From Thermodesulfobacteriota bacterium (GTDB lineage Bacteria > Desulfobacterota > Binatia > Bin18), in assembly GCA_964291405.2 (NCBI GenBank), contig OZ219926.1, positions 896,001-960,000 on the forward strand: a stretch of DNA of 64,000 nucleotides. Reading direction: 5' to 3'. Positions 46,450 through 55,614 of this stretch are shown here, in pieces; position 1 is the first letter of the stretch; the number at the start of each line of letters is the position of its first letter. The notes beneath the pieces are model-generated. The model worked only from the letters and a program-made list of their open reading frames with translations. It ran no database searches and had not been told where the DNA came from. The position numbers and the translations under genes are program-made.

Positions 46450-47805
46450 TCAGTGCAAAAGACGCCGATAGTGTTGCTCAAGCAGGGCGACGTCTGCGCT
46501 AATCGATCTGACCGCCGGGAATGCTCGTGAGAGCCGGGCGACCAAATCCGGTTCGGTAATAAAACGCATCATCTTTTGACGCAGGTCATCAATATTACGC
46601 GGCTGAAACAGGAGTCCGTTTACGCCGTCCCTTACCCACTCGCGCATGCCGCCAAAGTCGGCGGTGATCACAGGAGTGTGGGCCAGAAAGGCCTCCCGAA
46701 TCACCAGTGGAGCATTTTCATACCAGATTGAAGGCACGACGACGACATCCACCTCAGCCAGAATGCGACTGAGCTCATGCTGTTCGTAACGACCCATACA
46801 CCGGATACGGGGCGAGCTGGCCAACTGGGAGCGGAAACGTTTCTCGTCCGGATAGGGCGCATAGGCCGCCTCCCCGCCATAGATACGCAGTTCCGCCCGG
46901 GGCAGGGTCTGAAAGGCTTCGACCAGCAGATGGACGCCCTTCACCGGGTCAACAACACCGATATAGCCGAAAATAAGGGGCCGCTTGTCTCCGTTTTTCT
47001 GAGGAATAAGAGCTCTCGGAGCGGGCTGAATGGCGTCGGTCTGCAAGCCACACTCGTGAAACAGAACCTTCTCTTCCGGCAGCCCAAAAGCCACAAACTG
47101 CTCGCGCAGGAAGCGCGACGGCGCCAAAAACAGCGAAACCGACTCACACAGCGCCCGAATATGGGCCATCCGGGCCTGAATCTGTTGCCGAGCCGCGAGC
47201 GAGACGGACTGGGAACCGGCCCGTTTACCATACCAACGCCGCGCCTGCTCTCTGAGCCAGGATTGTTGACCCAGGAGCGGTTTCAGCCAGCGATAGAGGG
47301 TTGACATCTTTGGATCGAGCAAATGGTGGAAACACCGGGCGCAGCCGGCGTCGGTCTGGCCGGGACAGACCGACAAGTCGGGTTTCAGAAACCGGCCGCG
47401 CTGGCAGACGAGCCAGTAGTCATGCAGCGTCATCACCACCGGAATCCGGCGCTGGGCCGCTTCTCGCACGCACGTTGTGGACAGGTAGACCAGATGCTGA
47501 AAATGGACAATGTCGGGCTGGAAACGATCCAACACCTCGCCAAAGCGGGTAGCAATGGCGTCGTTTTGATAACTGTCCACAAAGCTCGTGCTCTGCCGCA
47601 GGGTATTATTGATACGCGTGATCTCAACCTGGTCGGCCGTCGTTGTTTCCACCTCGTACTCAGGCTGCCTTGTGTTTTCACGCCGCGCAAAAACCGAGAC
47701 GGTATGACCCTGGCCCGCCAGCTCTTGGGCAAGAGCGGCGGCGTAGGTTTCGGTCCCTCCCAGATATTCCGGCGGTAAACCGTTGACGACCTGGACAATA
47801 CGCAT
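46450..47805 (-). CDS. GT4 family glycosyltransferase
   Basis: PP...GG.E, TLHDYW..C, KGV..L, PSIWYENAPLVIREA. Confidence 0.93.
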   Translation of the reverse strand: MRIVQVVNGLPPEYLGGTETYAAALAQELAGQGHTVSVFARRENTRQPEYEVETTTADQVEITRINNTLRQSTSFVDSYQNDAIATRFGEVLDRFQPDIVHFQHLVYLSTTCVREAAQRRIPVVMTLHDYWLVCQRGRFLKPDLSVCPGQTDAGCARCFHHLLDPKMSTLYRWLKPLLGQQSWLREQARRWYGKRAGSQSVSLAARQQIQARMAHIRALCESVSLFLAPSRFLREQFVAFGLPEEKVLFHECGLQTDAIQPAPRALIPQKNGDKRPLIFGYIGVVDPVKGVHLLVEAFQTLPRAELRIYGGEAAYAPYPDEKRFRSQLASSPRIRCMGRYEQHELSRILAEVDVVVVPSIWYENAPLVIREAFLAHTPVITADFGGMREWVRDGVNGLLFQPRNIDDLRQKMMRFITEPDLVARLSRAFPAVRSISADVALLEQHYRRLLH

Positions 47806-47995
47806 TTTCTACAGACTCTTTCAGCCGTCTCTTTCCATCCAAAGAGAGCCTTTCTTCCATGTACCTATACTCACTCTTTGAGGAAAGAGCCCTCTTGCCC
47901 TTGCCATTGAGAAAACAACGAGGATCAGTTATTACGAGTATGTTACATGTATATGAAAGCTATATGAATCGTGTGACATAGGGAGGGAACAACAC

Positions 47996-48262
47996 GTGCG
48001 CCGACTTGGATATCTTATCCTCATTGTCTTTTTCCTTAGTCTGACAGCCCCTTCTGTGGCCTTTGCCTATCTTGACCCGGGCAGTGGTAGCATGCTGCTC
48101 CAGCTCGTCCTTGGCGGACTGGCCGGCCTGGCAGTGATCGCTAAGCTCTACTGGCATCGACTGCTCGCCCTCTTTGGTACGCATTCCCAACAGGAGGAAA
48201 ACGATTCGGAAATGGATTCGACCTCCCTCACGACCTCAGATTCATCTGATACCCCACAGTAG
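47996..48262 (+). CDS. small signal-peptide plus TM protein with YLDPG motif
   Basis: GGAGG RBS and GTG start; signal peptide ending AFA, then YLDPGSGS, one TM helix and an acidic tail. Confidence 0.8.
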   Translation: MRRLGYLILIVFFLSLTAPSVAFAYLDPGSGSMLLQLVLGGLAGLAVIAKLYWHRLLALFGTHSQQEENDSEMDSTSLTTSDSSDTPQ

Positions 48263-48326
48263 ATTCGAAGAGAGCGGACAAGAGCAGCCCCGTCTTTCCT
48301 TTTCGCCTGTCCAGACTCATATCAGC

Positions 48327-49748
48327 ATGGTTGTCCCCCATTTCGAGCCGGGTTCATTCCGTGACCGCACCAGCCGGGTCTTTTACCAGGACGGAACGGT
48401 TCTGCGCGGCATTAATGCACCTGCCGTCCAGGAGTGGGAAGTCCTCAAGACCAAGCCGTTTTTCCAACAATTCATGGCCGAAGGGAAAATTGTCCGAACC
48501 GATCAGGTCACACCCATAGACGTCTCACCCTCGCCCCATACCGGGCAATGGAGTGAGCACTGGTCCATTGTTCTCAAACACCAAACCATTCCGTTTATTT
48601 CTTATCCCTACGAGTGGCCCTTCAGCATGCTCCAGGACGCCGCCCGGCTGACCCTCGAACTCCAGGCCGCGGCCCTGAATGCCGACATGACGCTCAAAGA
48701 CGCCACCCCTTTCAACGTCCAGTGGTCCGGCAGCCAGCCGGTCTTTATTGATATTCCCTCGTTCGAGCGTCTACGGCCCGGCGACCCGTGGGTCGGTTAT
48801 CGCCAGTTCTGTCAGTTGTTTCTCTATCCACTCTTTCTGCAAGCCTACAAAGATATACCCTTTCAGCCCTGGCTGCGCGGCAATCTGGAAGGCATTGAGC
48901 CAGCCCAGTGCGCCCAACTCATGTCGTTCAGAGATATGTTCAGACCGGGCGTGCTGTCGCACGTCGTTCTCCAGGCCAAAGCCCAAGCCTCGTACGCCCA
49001 GACAGAGCGTAATCTCAAGAAAGATTTACGTCAGGCCGGTTTCCATAAGGCACTCATCCAGGCCAATGTCGGTCGTCTTCAAAAACAGCTAGCCCAATTG
49101 ACCTGGAAGCAGTCGCGGTCAACCTGGTCAGATTACACCGAAGCCCTCCCCTACACGGAAAGTGAACAACACCAGAAGGCCGATTTTGTGCAACGCATCA
49201 CCCACTCTCAACGCTGGCATCTGGTCTGGGACCTGGGCTGCAATACCGGGACGTTTTCGCGCATTACCGCAGAAAACGCTGAATACGTGCTGGCAATGGA
49301 CATCGACACTCTGGTGATCGAGCGACTCTATTGCGCTCTCAAGCAAGAACAATCGAGTAATATTCTGCCCCTTATCGGCAATGTGGCCGATCCTGCTCCA
49401 AATCTTGGCTGGCGTGGGCTGGAACGGAAGGCGCTGGTTGAACGTGGCAAGCCCGACCTGACCTTATGTCTGGCCTTGCTCCACCATGTGGTTATCGGTG
49501 CGCATATTCCGCTCAGAGAGTTCATCACCTGGCTGGCGAGTCTCGACACGGCCCTAGTGATTGAGTTCGTTACCCGGGACGACCCCATGGTCCAGACCCT
49601 GCTGCGGCATAAGGCCGATCACTATACGGACTATGACCTGGGGTATTTCGAGCGCTGTCTGGCTGATGCGTTTGAGATTGACCAGCAAGAGCCGCTCGAA
49701 TCAGGCACACGCATACTCTACTACGCGCGGAGCAAACGCCAAGTGTGA
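48327..49748 (+). CDS. NoeA-like protein: kinase-like N-domain plus class I SAM methyltransferase
   Basis: PGSFRD, ISYPYEW, LKDATPFN and FID in the N-half; WDLGCNTG and LALLHH in the C-half. Confidence 0.82.
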   Translation: MVVPHFEPGSFRDRTSRVFYQDGTVLRGINAPAVQEWEVLKTKPFFQQFMAEGKIVRTDQVTPIDVSPSPHTGQWSEHWSIVLKHQTIPFISYPYEWPFSMLQDAARLTLELQAAALNADMTLKDATPFNVQWSGSQPVFIDIPSFERLRPGDPWVGYRQFCQLFLYPLFLQAYKDIPFQPWLRGNLEGIEPAQCAQLMSFRDMFRPGVLSHVVLQAKAQASYAQTERNLKKDLRQAGFHKALIQANVGRLQKQLAQLTWKQSRSTWSDYTEALPYTESEQHQKADFVQRITHSQRWHLVWDLGCNTGTFSRITAENAEYVLAMDIDTLVIERLYCALKQEQSSNILPLIGNVADPAPNLGWRGLERKALVERGKPDLTLCLALLHHVVIGAHIPLREFITWLASLDTALVIEFVTRDDPMVQTLLRHKADHYTDYDLGYFERCLADAFEIDQQEPLESGTRILYYARSKRQV

Positions 49749-49760
49749 GACGACAGGGAT

Positions 49761-51959
49761 ATGGGTCTCACACCTCAAGCTCTCCCCCCTCATAGGACGA
49801 AAGCGGACTTTCTTTTTCCCGGCCTGCACCTCCTTGTCCTGTGGAACTTTGCGGTCGCCCAGCCACTCTTTGATCTCTTCTCCCGCACCGCGGAATTCTT
49901 TGTCCTGCGTCAGTCGCCAGCGCTTGACATCGTCCTGTTCACCATCCTCCTGAGTGTTGTTGTTCCGGCTCTGGGCATACTTGTTGTCTGGGGAATCCGC
50001 GTCGTTGGTGCCTGGCTGAGCACAGGGCTGCATGTGCTCCTGGTCGGGGGATTATCTGCTATGCTCGCTCTCCAGGCATTGCAGATGCTCCAGACACTTC
50101 CCCATATTTCGGGCGTCGTCCTGATGCTCGGAGCTGGCGGGGTCGGGCTGCTCGCGAGCGTCGGCTATCATATGCTGCCTCTGGTCCGAACATTCTGTAC
50201 GCTCCTCTCACCCGGCATCGTGCTCTTCCCGACTCTCTTTCTCTTCTTCTCTCCGATCTCAACGCTGCTGTTCTCGTCACCCGTTGATATTGCCCAGGTG
50301 AAGATCAACGACCCGCCACCCATCGTGCTGGTGATCTTTGATGAGTTTTCATCAATCTCCCTCATGAATGAAAACCGTCAGATAGATGCTGAGCGCTATC
50401 CGAATTTTGCCGCACTTGCAGAAGACGCAACCTGGTTCCGTAATGCCTCGACCATGAGCAGTTGGACTCCCGCGGCGGTCCCGGCCATTTTAACGGGCAG
50501 CTATCCGATTCCGAATCGGCTCCCAACCGCATCCGGATATCCGCGTAATATCTTCACCCTGCTCGGCGGGACCTATGCCGTCCAGGCCCACGGCACTATT
50601 ACGGAATTATGCCCGCATGCATTATGCAACCAGCTCCGAGAGCCCTGGAGTGTCCGTATGCGGACACTCTTTTCTGATGTCGGCATCGTCTATCTGCACA
50701 TTCTCCTGCCGGAAGATCAGAAATCCGCTCTGCCTTCGCTCCAGGCCCGCTGGAGAGATTTTGCCGGCGTCCCTGCCCTGTTATCCCCGGCTGAGGAGCG
50801 TCAGATTCCCGCTGACGTATGGAAATCTCTCCAAGATTCGATTCTGGCACAGTTGGACCTACGCCTGGACCGGCCCCAGATATTTCACAGTTTTCTCCAC
50901 ACCATTCGACCGACACACCAACCGACACTGTACTATCTGCATATTCTTTTGCCCCACGTTCCTTATGAGTATCTTCGGGCAGGCCAAACCTACAGTGTAG
51001 ATGGTGGCCATCCCGGAATCACGAAAGAAATTTGGAGCGGTGATGTATGGGCCACTACTCAGAGCTATCAGCGTTATTTACTCCAAGTAGAATTTGTAGA
51101 CACTCTCGTAGGGCAGTTAATCGCTCACCTGAAATCGGCGCGACTATACGAAAAATCGCTGATTGTCATTACGGCCGATCACGGAGTCAGCTTTCGTCCG
51201 CACGACAACAGGCGACTTGTCACAAAAACGAATTTTGCCGACATTATGGCTGTCCCCCTCTTTGTCAAGGCACCTTTTCAGCAGCAGGGCGAAGTTCTTG
51301 ATCGCAATATGGAAACCATCGATATCCTGCCGACCATAGCGGATATCCTGGAAATCAAGCTGCCCTGGCCAGTTGACGGTGGCTCGGCATTTTCGCCCGA
51401 ACCACGAGCAGGAACCGAGAAAGCGTCTTCTCTTTCTACCCAAATCGCCCTGGATCGATTCAACACTGCGGTCCGGGAAGCGGTCAGCAAACAGGCCGAC
51501 CTATTCCCACCCGCTAACCCGGTCGTGCCCCACGCTTCACCTCTGGCTCTCGTCGGACAACCTATCCAGGATATGTCTCTGAGTGAGGATGCCCAATTTG
51601 CAATCACGATCGATCAATTAAAACATTTTGCTCAGATCGATCCGGAGGCCCAGTTTCTCCCTGCCCACATCACCGGCACGCTCCACTCGGAAGAATTCAG
51701 ATTCATCGCCCTGGCGTTGAATGGAACCGTGCGGGCTATCACACAGCCCTGGTCCTTTGCCGTCAAAGAAAAACACGGACGGTGGTCGGCATTGCTTGAC
51801 CCGCAATTTTTTCGGGCGGGCAAAAATACGATTGAAGCCTTTGGAGTGAGAACACCGAACGACCAGGCAACCCTCATCCGTGCAGCAGGGTCACCTCAGC
51901 ACCTGTCTGTATTCCAGCCACGAGTTGAAGAGCACAACGACTTGCAAAAAGAGGAATAA
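49761..51959 (+). CDS. membrane-anchored alkaline-phosphatase-superfamily (sulfatase-like/LTA-synthase-like) transferase
   Basis: About 5 N-terminal TM helices; FDE, WTPAAVPAILTG, LPHVPY, ITADHG, VPLFVK, IDILPTI. Confidence 0.85.
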   Translation: MGLTPQALPPHRTKADFLFPGLHLLVLWNFAVAQPLFDLFSRTAEFFVLRQSPALDIVLFTILLSVVVPALGILVVWGIRVVGAWLSTGLHVLLVGGLSAMLALQALQMLQTLPHISGVVLMLGAGGVGLLASVGYHMLPLVRTFCTLLSPGIVLFPTLFLFFSPISTLLFSSPVDIAQVKINDPPPIVLVIFDEFSSISLMNENRQIDAERYPNFAALAEDATWFRNASTMSSWTPAAVPAILTGSYPIPNRLPTASGYPRNIFTLLGGTYAVQAHGTITELCPHALCNQLREPWSVRMRTLFSDVGIVYLHILLPEDQKSALPSLQARWRDFAGVPALLSPAEERQIPADVWKSLQDSILAQLDLRLDRPQIFHSFLHTIRPTHQPTLYYLHILLPHVPYEYLRAGQTYSVDGGHPGITKEIWSGDVWATTQSYQRYLLQVEFVDTLVGQLIAHLKSARLYEKSLIVITADHGVSFRPHDNRRLVTKTNFADIMAVPLFVKAPFQQQGEVLDRNMETIDILPTIADILEIKLPWPVDGGSAFSPEPRAGTEKASSLSTQIALDRFNTAVREAVSKQADLFPPANPVVPHASPLALVGQPIQDMSLSEDAQFAITIDQLKHFAQIDPEAQFLPAHITGTLHSEEFRFIALALNGTVRAITQPWSFAVKEKHGRWSALLDPQFFRAGKNTIEAFGVRTPNDQATLIRAAGSPQHLSVFQPRVEEHNDLQKEE

Positions 51960-52056
51960 TCATCAGCGCCTACCAGGAAACGAGACAGCTTGACCACCAC
52001 GTTGAAATCGAGAAAACAGATGCTTATCCAGGTGGGAAGCCGGAGCAGATTTTCCT

Positions 52057-53796
52057 CTACATCTTTGTCTCTTTCCCCAGGAATCCCTGAAAAAAATCGG
52101 ACAGTTGTCTGAAGGTCGAAGCGTCCAGACGGCCGGACCAGTCGGACGTGTAGAGCGAAAAATTACTGTGATTGTCATCGTTCGTCTCATTCCCTACGGA
52201 CTCTCTCAGGGTGTAAATCAGGAACGCTTCGATATGATTTGCATGGAGAAATGTTGCCGGAACCTGCTCGAAAAAGGCTTCCCACTTGTCTTCCCAGACA
52301 AGGGCCCCTACCCCGTCCGGTATCCCGGACGCACGGTCATAGATAAAAATTTTCCAATGTCTGGGAATCGACGCGTTGGCTTTGCCCAGTTTTTTCGTCG
52401 GAATCCCAAACTCCGTCACCCACACGGCCTTGCCCGATAAGCCGTAGCTCTTCTCCCAGTCAGGCTCGGCAACCAGGGCGGCCAACTCACGAATGAAGTC
52501 AAAGCGTTTGAAATAGTCCCGAGCGAATGCACGGGGATTCAGAGCGGGCCAATCCTTTCGCGACTGCGCATCAACAAACGTCATATCGTGGATGTCATGC
52601 CGGGGCCAATGATAGGGGTGGATGGCAATTTTATCGACGTATCGAAAGGTCTCCGGATTGGCTCGGAACATCCGCATGAACCAGTCGATATTCACGTGGG
52701 TGACCGCAGCGGATACGATGACCATATCCGCCCCGCCCCGTGAGATTTCATCCTTTGCAGCGAATGAAACATGCTCGTGCAGCTGGGCGAAAAACGTGAC
52801 ATAGACCTCAAGTTTCGATCCCCAGCGAAAATCTTTCAGAGAGGTTTCGCTGGCGGACACGGGGAGCGGTTGTTCCCGATAAAACCCGTCCTTCCGCACG
52901 CACCCCTTCCCCGGCAAGTCGTTTTCCGGGACCTGAGAGAGATGCAGTTGTGTAATATATTTATCACACGGATACGCGTCCGGATTGAGCGCCTTTTCGA
53001 TCTTCAGTTCGTCCGGCAGCCACATATAATCGGGCTCATTGATCATCTCAATCGCCGCAACAACCGGGAACGGGGCCGGCACCCCGTCTCGTGCATAGCC
53101 CTGCCCGTAGCGCTGCACCAGCTTACGGACAAAGCGGATATGCGTCTCCTGGTAGAGCCCCCGGACCTCCTCCCCCTCGGGTGCTTCAATGATCTCCGCC
53201 GGCGGGAAGGAAGTCAAAACTATGGTCACCAGGACGGCCGGATGTGTACTCGCCGGGTCGGCTGCCAACTCGGTATTGTATTTCTGGATGCCGGCCAGGA
53301 GGGCGTCCCACTGTTGCCACTGCAAAGGCTGGCCGGTGACGTCCTGATCCTTTTCCATTCCGGCCAAGCTGGCCCGTAAAAACGTCGCAATTTTCTCTAT
53401 GGTCGCAGCAACCGTGTCCGTGTCAATCTGATAGAGCGGCTTGCGGGTAGACGCAGTGACCGACGGCAGTCCTGAGCCGAGCACCGTCCACATATAGATC
53501 GGTACACGCACCATATTCCCGTGCAGCCCGGACGTATGCTGCGCCATCAGGTAGCCCTGCTTTTCAAGATAGGCCAACCGTTCGGCCTCATTCGCAAAGA
53601 CTTCCGCTACCTGCCAATCCGGTCCCATAACAGAGAACCCGGCGTATCGCGGAGTACCGGGGCCAATCGGAGTGCCGGGGCCAACCGGAACAGGCGTCTC
53701 GGAGTGGCATCCAGACACCCCAACCAGAATCAGGAAAAAGAAGGCCCACAATCGGGCATAAAAACGCCAAGCGGTTCTCATACAGACCCCTAACAT
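52057..53796 (-). CDS. GH-A clan glycoside hydrolase-like lipoprotein
   Basis: GAGGAGG RBS before ATG 53796; lipobox VSGC; EMINEPD (acid/base), IAIHPY and VWVTEFG (nucleophile). Confidence 0.72.
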   Translation of the reverse strand: MLGVCMRTAWRFYARLWAFFFLILVGVSGCHSETPVPVGPGTPIGPGTPRYAGFSVMGPDWQVAEVFANEAERLAYLEKQGYLMAQHTSGLHGNMVRVPIYMWTVLGSGLPSVTASTRKPLYQIDTDTVAATIEKIATFLRASLAGMEKDQDVTGQPLQWQQWDALLAGIQKYNTELAADPASTHPAVLVTIVLTSFPPAEIIEAPEGEEVRGLYQETHIRFVRKLVQRYGQGYARDGVPAPFPVVAAIEMINEPDYMWLPDELKIEKALNPDAYPCDKYITQLHLSQVPENDLPGKGCVRKDGFYREQPLPVSASETSLKDFRWGSKLEVYVTFFAQLHEHVSFAAKDEISRGGADMVIVSAAVTHVNIDWFMRMFRANPETFRYVDKIAIHPYHWPRHDIHDMTFVDAQSRKDWPALNPRAFARDYFKRFDFIRELAALVAEPDWEKSYGLSGKAVWVTEFGIPTKKLGKANASIPRHWKIFIYDRASGIPDGVGALVWEDKWEAFFEQVPATFLHANHIEAFLIYTLRESVGNETNDDNHSNFSLYTSDWSGRLDASTFRQLSDFFQGFLGKETKM

Positions 53797-53965
53797 GCTC
53801 CCAGCCTCCTCACCAGTTTTTTTACCGAACCGACAGCCGCACCGTATGCGCATTGCCGTTCCAGCTCGGCGCTCCGGCTTCCTAACAAGCCGAGCATTTT
53901 TTCCTACTGCATTTTCCAAAAACACTCTATACTGTATACATCGAATAATAAGGAGCACGAAGGGT

Positions 53966-54247
53966 ATGACCGTTAAGCCGGAAGATATCCGATTAAGTCC
54001 AAGGCAAAAGCGTCTGGTGGCTGAGCAGGCAAACAGCAACGGAAAACCGTGGCAGAGCATCTTGCAGGAAGCCCTTGACTCCAGTGGGGTCACAGACCGG
54101 GAAGGTCTGGATTCGGAGTTCATGGACTGGTGTACCGAACAGATGCGCGGGAAGAAGATGATCTCTCTTGACGAGGCGCACCGTATTCTCTCCAAGTGCT
54201 CCGGGTCACTGGCTCAAGATATCATTGATGACCGTAGCGGTCGCTAA
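53966..54247 (+). CDS. putative antitoxin
   Basis: 93 aa ending GSLAQDIIDDR, directly upstream of a PIN gene. Confidence 0.75.
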   Translation: MTVKPEDIRLSPRQKRLVAEQANSNGKPWQSILQEALDSSGVTDREGLDSEFMDWCTEQMRGKKMISLDEAHRILSKCSGSLAQDIIDDRSGR

Positions 54248-54712
54248 ATGAGTCGCTACTTTTTCGATTCCAGCGCGTTGGTCAAGCGATATTGCCCCGA
54301 GGCTGGTACTGACGAAGTAAACCGTCTCTTTGCCGATTCAGACGCGACCCACTACATCTCCCGACTTGCGGTAGTTGAAGTACAACGAGCGCTTGCCAGG
54401 CGGGTACGTACCGGCGAAATCCGAGAGCCGGAGTTGGACCACCTCCGCAACCTTTTCTATAACGATATCGGACAGCGGCTGTTGCAAGTGCGACGCTTCC
54501 GAGATTTTCACTATCACCATGCCGTACGCTTGGTCAGAAAATATGCCGCTCCCCAAAAGACCCCCTTGCTGGGCACGCTTGATGCCCTCCACCTTGTCTC
54601 AGCCTTGGACCTCCGCAGCAATAACGCTGTCGATGTGTTCGTCTCTGCGGATAAAAACTTATGTGAGGCGGCTGAGGCTGAAGGCTTAAGCGTCAGAAAT
54701 CCCACTCTCTGA
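54248..54712 (+). CDS. vapC: PIN-domain toxin (VapC family)
   Basis: YFFDSSALVKRY, E, LGTLDALHL, FVSADKNL. Confidence 0.9.
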   Translation: MSRYFFDSSALVKRYCPEAGTDEVNRLFADSDATHYISRLAVVEVQRALARRVRTGEIREPELDHLRNLFYNDIGQRLLQVRRFRDFHYHHAVRLVRKYAAPQKTPLLGTLDALHLVSALDLRSNNAVDVFVSADKNLCEAAEAEGLSVRNPTL

Positions 54713-54765
54713 GTTGATCCGCGCAATTTCAACATCCTCAACCGGAGTCGTTTCCAAGACGACAA

Positions 54766-55242
54766 TCAAGAAAATTCCGTCGAACACTCCCGGTTATCAA
54801 CAAACGGCAACAGCTTCCCTTTCTTATTACGATTGCGTGCCGCCGCTTCGCAAGCCGCCTTCCAGGCCCAATCGGCAAACATCCGCTTCGGCGGTAAGAT
54901 GATCCAACCGTCATCCTCATCGCCAACGGCGGTGAATTCACCGGCGGCGACACAGAGCGCCGTGAGCGCACAAGCAAAAGCCGCCCGATCATCGTGGTTC
55001 GTAATCTCACTCGGTGCGTACGCCCACCGCCAGTCGTTAGGCAAAAGCTCAAGGAACCAATCGAGACGCTGATGATTCGCCAAATGAACGAAATATCTAT
55101 CCGATTTCTGTTTAGGCCGTTGTAATGCCTTCGGACGGTCAACCATCACCCCGAGAAACGTTGTGGGAAAGGCTTCGACGATCGCGTGCTCATCTCTGCA
55201 CACCTGATGACTCGCCTTGCTTACACAGCAAAAATTTTTCAC
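54766..55242 (-). pseudogene. C-terminal part of a DUF429-like (RNase H-fold) protein
   Basis: IVEAFP, NHDDRAAFACALTA and G.IILP motifs; no credible N-terminus. Confidence 0.55.
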
Positions 55243-55614
55243 AAGTAGAGCAGGTCAGAGCGGAGGGGCATCGGGAAGAAGAGCTCGCAATAAAACCGGC
55301 GGATACCACGGAAGCAACCATCACGATTCAAAAAGTGAAGGGCACGCCAAAGTATAATGTGACCCCGGTTGAGGACCAACAACTGGTTGTGCTCGATATG
55401 GCTGCATAGTCCTCCCATTTCCTGCTTGACTTATGGCGACCTCGGGACGTGCTCGTATGAGCAAAATACGGCGCATGCTGAACAAGTGTGCGTCCGGCTA
55501 TTCTATTGAGAAAAAGAAACATAGGCAGTGGGTCCGGTACAACGGGAAAACCTATAAAACGCAACGTACACTCACCTTGGCCAACCCGGCGTTTCGCCCG
55601 ATGTTCATCGCGTC

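Noticed and set aside
53797-54195. N-terminal extension of the 712-aa ORF 52057..54195
   Set aside because: It is antisense to the antitoxin gene and crosses the islet repeat; the RBS and signal peptide point to ATG 53796.
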